This document shows positions 50,965-61,395 of a DNA stretch of 63,537 nucleotides, in pieces. The notes beneath the pieces are model-generated. The model was not told the DNA's origin. It ran no database searches and worked only from the letters and a program-made list of their open reading frames with translations. The position numbers and the translations under genes are program-made. Origin of the DNA: Promethearchaeota archaeon (GTDB lineage Archaea; Asgardarchaeota; Lokiarchaeia; Sigyniarchaeales; SOKP01); NCBI GenBank assembly GCA_029838195.1, contig JALGVJ010000022.1, positions 1 to 63,537 on the forward strand, read 5' to 3'. Position 1 is the first letter of the stretch, and the number at the start of each line of letters is the position of its first letter.

Positions 50965-51735
50965 TTATATGGATTCTTGATAAATTTTCTCATGCGATGT
51001 TTGTTCATCTTCTATAATGCTCCCATCCCTAATATGGACATGATCTTTTGAAAATTTATTCGCCATATCCTCATCATGAGTTACTATTAATACCGTTTTT
51101 CCATATTGTTCAGAAAGAGATTTTAACAACTCATAGATCTCCATGGACCGCTTCGTATCTAAATTTCCCGTAGGCTCATCAGCAAGGATGATGAGAGGAT
51201 CTTTGATTAATGCCCGAGCAATTGCGACTCTTTGTTGCTCCCCTCCACTTAATTGATGTGGATATCGATTTAGTTTATCTCCCATGTCAAATTTTTCTAA
51301 AAGCGCTTTAGATGCTTCACTCGGGTTTGGAATATTGGAAAATCGAGCCGCTAATTCCACGTTTTCTAAAACTGTTAGCAAGGGGATGAGATTATAAAAC
51401 TGGAAAATAATTCCAATCTTTTTGCGTCTATATAAAGTCAATTGATTTTTAGAAAATGTAGTGATATCTTTAAAACCTCCCTCTTCTCCAAAATTTATTA
51501 ATATTTTTCCAGAATCTGGAACGTCCAATCCACCGATGACATTCAAGAGAGTAGTTTTTCCGCAACCTGAAGGCCCTAAAATCATTTTAAAACTCCCTTT
51601 TTTAATCTTGATGTTCACACCATTTAATGCATTTACCGTGAGATTATCCATTTTGTAGGTTTTTCTCACGTTTTTAAGTAATATTTGAATAGTATTATTG
51701 AAAAATTCTTTAATAAAATGCTCATTTTTATTCAA
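50965..51735 (-). CDS. ABC transporter ATP-binding protein (LolD-type)
   Basis: [25 protein letters not shown]. Confidence 0.95.
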   Translation of the reverse strand: MNKNEHFIKEFFNNTIQILLKNVRKTYKMDNLTVNALNGVNIKIKKGSFKMILGPSGCGKTTLLNVIGGLDVPDSGKILINFGEEGGFKDITTFSKNQLTLYRRKKIGIIFQFYNLIPLLTVLENVELAARFSNIPNPSEASKALLEKFDMGDKLNRYPHQLSGGEQQRVAIARALIKDPLIILADEPTGNLDTKRSMEIYELLKSLSEQYGKTVLIVTHDEDMANKFSKDHVHIRDGSIIEDEQTSHEKIYQESI

Positions 51736-52032
51736 AAAAGTTTCACTAAGCTCTTTATTTGTAAATTTTTTTTAATATTTAGGCATATCTAATTCATCAA
51801 TGAATAATTAGGATTTTTTTTTATTTAAATTTTATGAACTCTGCTTTTTTTAACGTTTTCAACAAAAAATTTTTATTTAATTTAGTTTCTTATGTTTTAT
51901 GAATTATATTTAATTAGATTTTAGAAAGAATAAAGAGTATCTCGATTTGTGGATTGGTGTTTATTCCGAATGCATTAAGAAGTCAATTTTTAAATAATTT
52001 TTTATTGTTATCTAACTTAATTTAGTATTATT

Positions 52033-54216
52033 ATGGTCAATCAAAATCAAGAAAATACTCCAATCTATTTAGATCCTTCTCAGCCCTTGGAGAAACGGGT
52101 CGAGGATTTAATTTCCCACATGACCTTGGATGAAAAAATTTCGCAACTGCTCAATGATGCTATCGCAATTGAGCGATTAAATATTCCAAAATATAATTGG
52201 TGGAATGAGTGCTTACATGGGGTGGGATTTGCAGGCATTGCTACAGTGTTTCCCCAAGCCATAGGATTAGCCGCCACGTTTGATTTACACTTAATGGAGG
52301 AGGTTGCGAAAGCCATTTCCGACGAGGCAAGGGCCAAACATCACGAGGCTATAAGGAAAGGCGAGAGAAAAATCTTTCAAGGATTAACGTATTGGTCGCC
52401 AAATATCAATATTTTTAGAGATCCGCGATGGGGACGGGGCCAAGAAACTTATGGCGAAGATCCTTTCTTGACTTCAAGGATGGGCGTCACGTTTGTAAAG
52501 GGTTTACAAGGAGATGACCCTAAATATTTGAAATTGGTGGCGACCCCCAAACATTATGTTGCTTATAGCGGCTTAGAAAGCGAGCGCCATCACTTTGACG
52601 CTATAGTTTCTAAGAAAGATTTATGGGAAACATACTTGCCTGCTTTTAAAGCTTGCGTGATTGAAGGCAAGGCGGAAGCCATCATGGGAGCATACAATAG
52701 AGTGAATGGAGAGCCATGCTGCGGAAGCAAGTTTTTATTAGAGGAGATCTTACGAAAAAAATGGGGATTTGAAGGCCACGTGGTGTCGGATTGTGGAGCA
52801 ATTAGAGACATCTTTAAATTTCACGAGGTAGTAGAAACGCCAGAAGAGGCAGCAGCCATGGCAATTAATGCGGGATGCGATTTATTTTGTAGCGTGGGAA
52901 TTTTTACTAAGAAAAAGAAAAAAATTCGATGGAATTGGATTCGAGGGGCAATAGAAAAGGGTTTATTATCAGAAGAGCCCCTTACTAAATCTGTAAAACG
53001 GTTATTTCGTGCTCGTTTTAAATTGGGCATGTTTGAACCGCCCGAAATGGTAAAACATGCACAAATTCCTCCCGAAGTAATTGATTGTGAAGAACATAGA
53101 AATCTTGCACTAAAAGCCGCTAGAAATTCTATTGTATTATTAAAGAATGAAAATAATCTCTTGCCCTTGAAAAAAGATCTTGAAAGTATCGCAGTTATTG
53201 GGCCAAATGCAAATAATCTTGATGTCTTACTCGGGAATTACGCAGGAACCCCTTCTAAATATACCACGATTCTAAAAGGAATAGAAAATAAAATAGGATC
53301 TACCGCAAGAATATATTATTCCCAAGGGTGTCCCTTAAAAGAAAAATCGAAAGAAACGTTTAAAGAGGCTCTTGAGCTGGCAAAAAAAGCTGAAATTATC
53401 ATTTTAGTACTTGGGCTTTCCCCGCGGCTCGAAGGAGAAGAAGGAGAAGCAATAGAATCGGATTTGAACGGAGATCGTGTGGATATTTCGCTTCCGGAGA
53501 TTCAAGATGAATTATTGAGAGAAATCCATGGCATCGGTAAACCGATTATTTTAGTACTAACTGGAGGAAGCGCTATAGCTGTCAATTTTGCTAAAGAAAA
53601 AATTCCGGCTATTCTTTTTGCGTGGTATCCTGGAGAGGAAGGAGGCACTGCCGTTGCTGATGTTATTTTTGGAGATTATAATCCGGCGGGCAGGCTTCCC
53701 ATTACTTTTTATAAATCCGTAGAACAACTTCCTGATGTCCGAAATTATAGCATGGAAGGGCGTACTTATCGGTTTTTTCATGGAGAACCTTTATATCCTT
53801 TTGGATTTGGACTCTCTTATACTACTTTCAGGTATCACGATCTTCAAATTACCCCAGAAAAAGTAAAAACTACTGAGGCAATCATGGTTTCCGTAGAGGT
53901 AGAAAATGTGGGAGAAAGAGACGGGGAAGAAGTTGTCCAAGTTTATATCAGTAATTTATCCACTCCAAATGCATATCCTATCAAAGAATTGCAAGGGTTT
54001 CAGAGAATCTTTTTAAAAAAAGGGGAAAGCAAGAGGGTGAATTTCAAGCTCTTGCCGCCTCAATTTTCACGAGTAAATGAGGATGGGCAACGATTAGTGG
54101 AACCAGGAAAATTTTCCTTGACCGTGGGAGGAGGACAAAAAGAATATAGTGAACCCGGCATGAATTGTTTAGAAGGGACGTTCGAGGTAATCGGAGAGAT
54201 TAATTATTTGAATTAA
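52033..54216 (+). CDS. Glycoside hydrolase family 3 (beta-glucosidase/xylosidase) with Fn3-like domain
   Basis: WWNECLHG, RDPRWGRGQETYGEDP, KHY, VVSDC, EGEE, PFGFGLSYT. Confidence 0.95.
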   Translation: MVNQNQENTPIYLDPSQPLEKRVEDLISHMTLDEKISQLLNDAIAIERLNIPKYNWWNECLHGVGFAGIATVFPQAIGLAATFDLHLMEEVAKAISDEARAKHHEAIRKGERKIFQGLTYWSPNINIFRDPRWGRGQETYGEDPFLTSRMGVTFVKGLQGDDPKYLKLVATPKHYVAYSGLESERHHFDAIVSKKDLWETYLPAFKACVIEGKAEAIMGAYNRVNGEPCCGSKFLLEEILRKKWGFEGHVVSDCGAIRDIFKFHEVVETPEEAAAMAINAGCDLFCSVGIFTKKKKKIRWNWIRGAIEKGLLSEEPLTKSVKRLFRARFKLGMFEPPEMVKHAQIPPEVIDCEEHRNLALKAARNSIVLLKNENNLLPLKKDLESIAVIGPNANNLDVLLGNYAGTPSKYTTILKGIENKIGSTARIYYSQGCPLKEKSKETFKEALELAKKAEIIILVLGLSPRLEGEEGEAIESDLNGDRVDISLPEIQDELLREIHGIGKPIILVLTGGSAIAVNFAKEKIPAILFAWYPGEEGGTAVADVIFGDYNPAGRLPITFYKSVEQLPDVRNYSMEGRTYRFFHGEPLYPFGFGLSYTTFRYHDLQITPEKVKTTEAIMVSVEVENVGERDGEEVVQVYISNLSTPNAYPIKELQGFQRIFLKKGESKRVNFKLLPPQFSRVNEDGQRLVEPGKFSLTVGGGQKEYSEPGMNCLEGTFEVIGEINYLN

Positions 54217-54325
54217 ACTAAAAGTCTTCATGAGACCACCTCCTCAAGAATCATCAAAAAGTAAAAAAAGAACAATTGATTCCCTATATGTAGTGAATAT
54301 TTGAAATTCAAAAACAAAAAAAGAG

Positions 54326-54529
54326 GTGATACAAGCACTGATCCCAAAAGATGTCCTTGAAAAAATCTTGAATAATTACGTGTATGTCTACGTGAAAAAT
54401 ATTAGTCGGGAATTCGGGGGCGTGTTGAAAACCATTTTAGATGATAAGATAATCGTAGTAGAAGATAAAAATAATAATTTGAATTATATTCCCATCTCAG
54501 AAATTAGTGTGATTACTGAAAGGAGATAA
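54326..54529 (+). CDS. Small Sm/Lsm-like fold protein
   Basis: 67 aa; N-terminal helix then V.VYVK...FGGVL...IVVED...YIPISEISVI beta-strand pattern. Confidence 0.55.
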   Translation: MIQALIPKDVLEKILNNYVYVYVKNISREFGGVLKTILDDKIIVVEDKNNNLNYIPISEISVITERR

Positions 54530-54924
54530 GGAGAGAACAAATTAGAAAAACATTTCAATTCGCTCGATTAATCTCCGTTAGATTAATTGAAAAGAAATAA
54601 AAAAATGAAAAATTTAATCATTAAAATCTTTTTCCGCTTTTGATCAAGAGACATCTCCTAATCTGTATTTCCAAAACATGCTAAATTCGATTCATGAGAA
54701 CCCTTAAATCGGGGTTCCGGGTCATTTTCTATTCATTCATTCCACGTTCATTGAAGGAAAATCAGGTTAAAAAAAAAGATTTTTATTATTTTTATTTTTC
54801 CTATTAATAGTTAATTGAAAAAAGAGAAATAGAAGCACGGTAATACGATTTAACCAATGCTTTAAGGAGAAAATAAAAATTTTAAATATATAAAATTTCT
54901 TGGCTCTTATAATCTTAATTCCCT

Positions 54925-56310
54925 TTAAATTCCTAATTCTAACAACTTTTCCTTGATCTCCTTAGAGCGCTCGGGGGTAATCGGATAAAACTTCCAAAAG
55001 ATGAGCACGCCAATCACTAAAATTATCGAGGGAATTATACCCGTGTGTAAGTGAATTCCTAGTAATGCTGATTCAGGTTGCACGTCAGCACCCTCAATAA
55101 AACCCGTATACGAATGAGTAGCAGCAAGAATGACAGAAGAAATCACCCGCGATAAATTCGCGTCGAGAAAATTGATCGATTGAAAGAATCCTTCCCTACG
55201 CTTTTTGGTTCGAATTATGGACTCATCTATGGTGTCAGCAAGCACGGGATCCATTATGGCAATAAACCCTCCAAGGCCTAACCCATAACCGAAGGCTATT
55301 CCCATAAAAACAAAGATATTACCAATAAACGACATTAAAAACCCAAAAACAATCATGACACACGCTGCCAACATGATTGTTTTCCGATAATTCTGGATTT
55401 TTTTGGAATATCGATACCAAAAAGGCACGGCAACTAAAGAACCAATCATCAGCATTACAGATACAAGCGTCATTATATCTGCAGGTTCATTAAGAATAAA
55501 TCGAATGTAATAAGCTAAAGAAGCCGTGATAGTGTTATTGAGCACATGATAGGTCAAAACGAAAATGATATAAATGACAAAAGATTGCTGAGAAAAAACC
55601 TCTTTTAACGCCACGATAAGGGATTCTTTTTTCTCTTTATCATACTTTTCCAGATAATGATCAATGATTTCTCGATCTTCTTTTACGCCCGGGATGAGCA
55701 AGGGAAAAGGAATAAGACATAACACCACGGTAAGCCAAGCCATTAAAATGAAGGAATCTATGTCGCCAAATACCACAATCATTGGAGGGATGATAAATCC
55801 AAAGACAATACCAATCATTGAAATATAAACTGAAAAACTAGCTGATGTTAACCGCTCTTCATTAGTCCTAAATTTATAGGGAAATAGGGAATAGAAATTA
55901 ACGCTAAATATGGTCTCGATCGTGTCGAATAAACAAGTTGAAAAAACTAACCAGCCAAAGATTTCCATGGGTGCTTCTTGCGCACTAATTTTAGGGGGTG
56001 TGAATATTAACAAGAAAGAAAAAACCATTGGAACAAATGCAATCACGATCCAGGGAAATCGACGTCCCCATCTTTTGGTAAATTTATTTGGGCGGTCAAA
56101 AACATAACCGAAAAGGATATCATTAACAGCATCCCATAAGGCATAAATTATAAGTCCCAGACCGACAAGCCAGCTATCTAAACCGATTTCAGCTTCATAA
56201 AAGTAAAATAGCATAAAGGACTGAACGAGGTTAATGAATTCCATGAAATAATGGCCCATGTTATAAGAGAGGATATTTTTTTTCGAGTGTCGAACTACTA
56301 TCGTATTCAA
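54925..56310 (-). CDS. MFS transporter, GPH family
   Basis: WDAVND, WGRRFPW, DTIDE...RREGFF. Confidence 0.9.
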   Translation of the reverse strand: MNTIVVRHSKKNILSYNMGHYFMEFINLVQSFMLFYFYEAEIGLDSWLVGLGLIIYALWDAVNDILFGYVFDRPNKFTKRWGRRFPWIVIAFVPMVFSFLLIFTPPKISAQEAPMEIFGWLVFSTCLFDTIETIFSVNFYSLFPYKFRTNEERLTSASFSVYISMIGIVFGFIIPPMIVVFGDIDSFILMAWLTVVLCLIPFPLLIPGVKEDREIIDHYLEKYDKEKKESLIVALKEVFSQQSFVIYIIFVLTYHVLNNTITASLAYYIRFILNEPADIMTLVSVMLMIGSLVAVPFWYRYSKKIQNYRKTIMLAACVMIVFGFLMSFIGNIFVFMGIAFGYGLGLGGFIAIMDPVLADTIDESIIRTKKRREGFFQSINFLDANLSRVISSVILAATHSYTGFIEGADVQPESALLGIHLHTGIIPSIILVIGVLIFWKFYPITPERSKEIKEKLLELGI

Positions 56311-56552
56311 TCACCTTTTATTTTTAATTATTTATTAAATTAAAATATTGATGAGAGTATTTATATAGTTTTATAGGGGGGGATTAAATTTCATGAAATA
56401 AAGGGGGGTGTCTTTTCCAAATTCCCCATAAAAAGGGATATAAAAAAAATTGCGAAATTAATGAGATTTCTATCCCGTTTTCATTACTTTTTTTGAGAAA
56501 ACGATGATGATGAGAGGTTTATTAGGGCGTCATTGTTTTTTATTGTTAAAAT

Positions 56553-57686
56553 TCATCCCACGACGGTTTTAAAGACTCTCATGAAATTTTCTCCCGCTAA
56601 TTTTTTAATTTCTTGTTCGCTATATCCTCGTGAAGCCAGTCCTTTAATGAGGTTGGGAAATTCCATGTAAGAGCTAAATTTCTCAGGTTTCAATTCAAAG
56701 GAGCCTCCTTGGTCAGGTCCCATGCCCAGTTTGCTTAAATTTTGGTCTATTTTTCTTGCGAGGGGCACGGGCAAATCAGAGCCGAAAAAATCTGTTCCAA
56801 TTCCAACGCAGTCAATTCCCATGAGATTGACTAAATAATCCACATGATTGAGCCATTCCTCGATAGTAGGATGGAGGCTTTTACTTATAAATCCTTGAAT
56901 GAAAAATACGCCTATATATCCTTTCTTGTCGGCGATAGCCTTGAGAATTTCATCGCTTTTTGCTCGGGGGTGGTCATGCACAGTTTTTGAAGAAGTATGA
57001 GTTGCCATAATGGGATTACCAGAATACTGAATTGCGTCAAGGCTGGTTTGAGGCCCACAATGTGAAATATCCACGATCATGCCCAATTCTTCCATTTTAT
57101 CGATTACTTCTTTTCCGAATTGAGTTAAACCCCTATCTCTTCTTGCGAGGCAACCTGTTCCGATTTGATTTTTAGTATTTAGGGTTAATTGAGCGATTCT
57201 AATTCCGAGCATGTGAAAAAGTTCCAGCATGTTCAAATCACGTCCGATAGGCTCGAGATTTTGAAGATTCATGATGATTCCTTTTTTTCCTTGCTTCACG
57301 GCATCAGTAATATCCTTAGTTTTCAGCACTTTAACGAATAGCTCAGGATGATGATCAATGATGTAGATAAGAAAAGCAAGATTATGAAAAATTCCGTCAA
57401 AGGTATAGGGTTTTTTATGGATGGGTCCTATTGTCCAGCTCACGCAATCTACCTTGCACTCTTGCCATGCTTGTTTGTATTGTTGGTAATAGGAATCATC
57501 ATTAACTATTTTCTTGGCAACCAACAAGATGAGTTCTTGAACGATTTTCCATGGATCTATCTCTTGGGAAAGCTTCTCATTGGTTAAATCGATGAGGTCT
57601 TGGGACCATAAAATGGGTCCGTGACTCAAGGAATCAATGATGATGCTAGAATCTACCAGATTTTTAATTTTTTGATTATTATTCAA
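56553..57686 (-). CDS. Membrane dipeptidase family (M19) metallopeptidase
   Basis: GLTQFGKEVI, VDISH, ATH, HPR, GIGTDF, GENFMRV. Confidence 0.9.
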   Translation of the reverse strand: MNNNQKIKNLVDSSIIIDSLSHGPILWSQDLIDLTNEKLSQEIDPWKIVQELILLVAKKIVNDDSYYQQYKQAWQECKVDCVSWTIGPIHKKPYTFDGIFHNLAFLIYIIDHHPELFVKVLKTKDITDAVKQGKKGIIMNLQNLEPIGRDLNMLELFHMLGIRIAQLTLNTKNQIGTGCLARRDRGLTQFGKEVIDKMEELGMIVDISHCGPQTSLDAIQYSGNPIMATHTSSKTVHDHPRAKSDEILKAIADKKGYIGVFFIQGFISKSLHPTIEEWLNHVDYLVNLMGIDCVGIGTDFFGSDLPVPLARKIDQNLSKLGMGPDQGGSFELKPEKFSSYMEFPNLIKGLASRGYSEQEIKKLAGENFMRVFKTVVG

Positions 57687-57793
57687 AATGAAAATTCACT
57701 TTTGATATAATTTTAATTCCATCAAGGATGTACATTTAATATATTTTAGTTTAAAGGATTTAATGTAAAAGTTTTTTTTCATTTCAATAGAAT

Positions 57794-59560
57794 TTAAGAG
57801 GCTTGCACCCAAATTGGGCCGATCCAAGCAGCGCCTCCATTGGTAAAAGAGATACGAATGTAATAATAATCAGCTCCCCTCGTGTTGAGTTCAGAAGGAT
57901 TCACGGGTTTAATAGAATGTTTATTAATATACCATTGGCCATCTTCTTTTTGAATGCAATAATCATAACTTGCTCCGGTTAAAGGAAATTTATCAATAAT
58001 CGTTATATCAATGATCGGAGTATCGATATTCTTGAAAGATTTCCACACCTCAGAATTTTTAATGATTTGGATTTCTTTAATGTTGGTAATGGTATTGGGA
58101 GTCATAGAAACTCCATCCGCACAAGCCGTGATATGAATGGTGCGCGGGGCATTTTTTCTTGGGATGATGACGGTAGAATCGTGCTTTCCTACAGTAATTC
58201 CATTAATTGTAAATTCCAAGAACGGTCTATTAACACCGGTAGAAGCATAACATGATCTTAATTTTAAAGCATCAAAAATGGAAGTTCTTTCTAATTCAGA
58301 AGCAATTATCGCTGCGAGACCATTTGGGTAATCATGTCCTAATCGATATCCCGAGAGCGTGTATGGATATTGATTATAGGCTTCCGCTTCAGTATGCGAA
58401 ATAGAATGCCCAGGTCGTCCATCATGACTGTCACCGGAGGCAATGATTCCGAATTTTCTTCCCATTCTTAAAGCATCTCTAACGGAGTATCCCCGAGAGC
58501 CATTGGGAAGAGAAGAAAGCTGATCATAAAACTTTTGCCCTTCTATATTTTCACAGCTCCCATGAACGGAATAAATCTCGATTAATGTATTTATTTCTTT
58601 ATCATAAAAGGCAAAATCTGAGGGATAATCACGGCGAAGCGTGTGATGTCCCCATGCAAGAAATTCATAGCGGGAATCATTCTTTAAAAATGCATATAAT
58701 TCGTCTGGCGTGTGATGCGTGAACGTAGAAAAATAGGGCATGGTATCTCCTTTAAAATAAAAATTTAAATGCCCAGTTGCGGTATTTTCACCTCGAACCA
58801 CGTAGTTTGGAGTCCATTCGGTTGATACTAACGTGACAAACGTGCCTGGCTGGTTAAATTGATTAGTTTTTTGAATATAATTGGAGAACATGTTAAAAAG
58901 ATCGAGATCCCCTACATAAGTAAAATGTTCTGAGTGATCTGTTAAAGCAGCAAAATCTAACAGAGCGACATCTCGAGCAAATTCGTAGGCTTCCGTAATT
59001 AAGCCTGAACCATCAGACATCAGCGTGTGAGCATGAATGTCCCCCCAATAAATTCGTTCTTTAATTTTTTTTTTTACAACGATGGGATTGCTACGATAAA
59101 CGTTTCCCGTTTTTTTTTCAATTACCTTGATGTAATGAATTCCTTCGGTACCTATGGTAATTCCATTAAAAGTTTTTTTTCCATTATCCGCACCTTTAAT
59201 TTTATAAGCAGGAACAATACCTTGACTTAAAAAATTTGAGGTAAATTTATAATCATTGGGTTTGTTCCATGTAGTAGATTTAATCGGGTTGAGATTCGTT
59301 AAATCATAAGATTCTATATCAAAAGTAATTTCTCCCTCATATCCTCCAGCCAATCTTTCATATCTATCCCAGCTTTCCACAGTTAATTCAAAATTTTCCC
59401 CGCATTTTACGATTGTGGGGGCATGAATCCAAAGCGTGATTTTTTCATTTTCGCTCATGACTTTAAAATCTAAAAGAAAGAAGCTCCATGTAATGAGAGG
59501 CAATAGAAGCAAGCAGATCTTAAATATTAGAACAAGTTTATTTTTCTGCCTGGGAATCAT
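57794..59560 (-). CDS. Membrane-anchored DUF3604 / PHP-like metallohydrolase
   Basis: N-terminal TM; WGDIHAHT..SDG, LDFAALTDH, EIYSVHG, GDSHDG, YYYIR...AWIGPIW. Confidence 0.8.
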   Translation of the reverse strand: MIPRQKNKLVLIFKICLLLLPLITWSFFLLDFKVMSENEKITLWIHAPTIVKCGENFELTVESWDRYERLAGGYEGEITFDIESYDLTNLNPIKSTTWNKPNDYKFTSNFLSQGIVPAYKIKGADNGKKTFNGITIGTEGIHYIKVIEKKTGNVYRSNPIVVKKKIKERIYWGDIHAHTLMSDGSGLITEAYEFARDVALLDFAALTDHSEHFTYVGDLDLFNMFSNYIQKTNQFNQPGTFVTLVSTEWTPNYVVRGENTATGHLNFYFKGDTMPYFSTFTHHTPDELYAFLKNDSRYEFLAWGHHTLRRDYPSDFAFYDKEINTLIEIYSVHGSCENIEGQKFYDQLSSLPNGSRGYSVRDALRMGRKFGIIASGDSHDGRPGHSISHTEAEAYNQYPYTLSGYRLGHDYPNGLAAIIASELERTSIFDALKLRSCYASTGVNRPFLEFTINGITVGKHDSTVIIPRKNAPRTIHITACADGVSMTPNTITNIKEIQIIKNSEVWKSFKNIDTPIIDITIIDKFPLTGASYDYCIQKEDGQWYINKHSIKPVNPSELNTRGADYYYIRISFTNGGAAWIGPIWVQAS

Positions 59561-59599
59561 TATTTTTTCACGTTTCTCTTATTTTCATTACATTATTTT

Positions 59600-59899
59600 T
59601 CAGGAAAGATATGCCGAAATGATTAAATATAACGATAGTAATTGGACGATAATTAATAGAATCCCTGCGATGTTCGCTTTTTTATTTTCGTGGAATAATA
59701 AAAGGGCGGAGCATACAAGTCCAAAAGGGAGAACGGTAGGATATGATAACCCAATGCCCATGACGAAAGTGAGAGCCAATAAAGGTCTTTCATGACGCTT
59801 TAAAGATTCAATTATTAACCGGAGCCCTCTTTTTATTCCATTAAATCTCGGAAAAGAGTATTTATCTTGTACTTTAATTAACTTTTTCATGGAAACCAC
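59600..59899 (-). CDS. Small hypothetical membrane protein
   Basis: Hydrophobic C-terminal half; 40 bp upstream of and co-oriented with the DUF3604 gene. Confidence 0.5.
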   Translation of the reverse strand: MVSMKKLIKVQDKYSFPRFNGIKRGLRLIIESLKRHERPLLALTFVMGIGLSYPTVLPFGLVCSALLLFHENKKANIAGILLIIVQLLSLYLIISAYLS

Positions 59900-60013
59900 A
59901 TGATAAATAACTTAAAGAAGTAAATTAATAAATGATAATTAATAAATTAATTAAAAATATTGGTAAATTGTGATGATTATATCATTCAGAATTATAAATC
60001 GAATTAATGAGCC

Positions 60014-60463
60014 ATGATTCCTTTCTATAATTTGCCAAATTTACGTTTTAATGAAGTAATATTATTTGAATTCATTCATACTTCTTTCCATTACGTGTCT
60101 TTATTAATTCTACTTCAAGTCGGATTATATATACTTCTAAGGGACATTAATCTAATCAATAGAAGATACATGCTTATTACTGGAGTAATTATTGAATTAA
60201 GTGAAATTTTCTTTGGATTTTTTTCAAGTTTTTTTCTCATAGGAGGGGCCATTGCCTTATTATATAACGTTGGAATGACGTGGTCCTCGGAATTTCTCAT
60301 TTTATATTTGAGATATTATAAAAAAGAACTAATTTCGTTAAAGGGAATTTTCTTTTTATTTCTTCTAATTTTCCCCGCAACCTACTTTTTCAGTTTGAAT
60401 CTGACGATTGTATTTTTTAATCTTTTTGGAAAACCGAATTCTTATATTGGAATATTCTATTAA
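60014..60463 (+). CDS. Hypothetical membrane protein
   Basis: 149 aa, about 4 TM segments. Confidence 0.55.
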   Translation: MIPFYNLPNLRFNEVILFEFIHTSFHYVSLLILLQVGLYILLRDINLINRRYMLITGVIIELSEIFFGFFSSFFLIGGAIALLYNVGMTWSSEFLILYLRYYKKELISLKGIFFLFLLIFPATYFFSLNLTIVFFNLFGKPNSYIGIFY

Positions 60464-60513
60464 AAAGAGACGAAATTCGAGGTTTAGAATATTCTTTTTC
60501 ATCTAAGTTCACG

Positions 60514-61389
60514 TTAAGGAAGGAAAGCGGAAGCCATTAATAAAGCGCCCTCTATTTCTGAACTATGGCCTACTCGGGACGTGTCAATGATCGGTTTATT
60601 TAATCCCATATATATTGCACCATGAGCTTTCCCACCACCTAAATGAACGAGTGTTCTGTAGATGAGGTTTCCCGAAATTCCTTCAGGTGCGATGATTAAA
60701 TTAGCTTTATTTTTAATCGCATTTTCGATCAAAATATGATCATGAGTCAGAGAAAGGGAAGGAACATTTTTCTTAAAATAATCAACTATTGCAAGAGCTT
60801 CCCGAATGGACGTATCAACCGCCTCCATACGACCAATATCATCCTCGCGGCCACCACTCAAAATGCTAACCTTAGGAATGATTTTTAATAAGCTCATTAA
60901 ATGCATGGCGGCTTCAATGAATTGGATTTTCGAGTCAAAATCATAACATTCATCAATGCCAACGGGACCGTAGAAAAATTGATATCCCTCATGGGTTTCC
61001 AATAATGCTAAACGCTTAATTTGGTCTATTTTAAACTGTGTTTTAACTTGCTGAAGAAATTTGCTAGAGCTCAAGGCACCTCTAATAATGGCATTAATTT
61101 TGTTTTCTTTTAGATATTCAACTATGGTTTTTGAGGGAGTGTCACTTTTGATTAATTGAATTTTTTCTTTCAAGAGTAGGGAATTCATTTTCTTAGAAAA
61201 AAGATTTTGAGCATTTTCATCCCCAAAAAGAAAGATGGTTGTATTCTTCGATTTCGCAAATTTGCTTGAAATGGTCAAAATTTTATCGTTTTGGTGTATA
61301 TCCGTTCCGAGGCCAATCCCAAGTATTTTAGGATTATTGGATGCTAAAGATTCAAACCTTTGGATGATGTTCATGTTTTTTAAAGGCAA
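60514..61389 (-). CDS. mtxX: MtxX / methanogenesis marker protein 4 (phosphotransacetylase-like fold)
   Basis: IRGALSS, GPVGIDE, LSGGR..DIGR, IAPEGISGNLIYRTL, DTSR. Confidence 0.75.
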   Translation of the reverse strand: MPLKNMNIIQRFESLASNNPKILGIGLGTDIHQNDKILTISSKFAKSKNTTIFLFGDENAQNLFSKKMNSLLLKEKIQLIKSDTPSKTIVEYLKENKINAIIRGALSSSKFLQQVKTQFKIDQIKRLALLETHEGYQFFYGPVGIDECYDFDSKIQFIEAAMHLMSLLKIIPKVSILSGGREDDIGRMEAVDTSIREALAIVDYFKKNVPSLSLTHDHILIENAIKNKANLIIAPEGISGNLIYRTLVHLGGGKAHGAIYMGLNKPIIDTSRVGHSSEIEGALLMASAFLP

Positions 61390-61395
61390 GCACGT

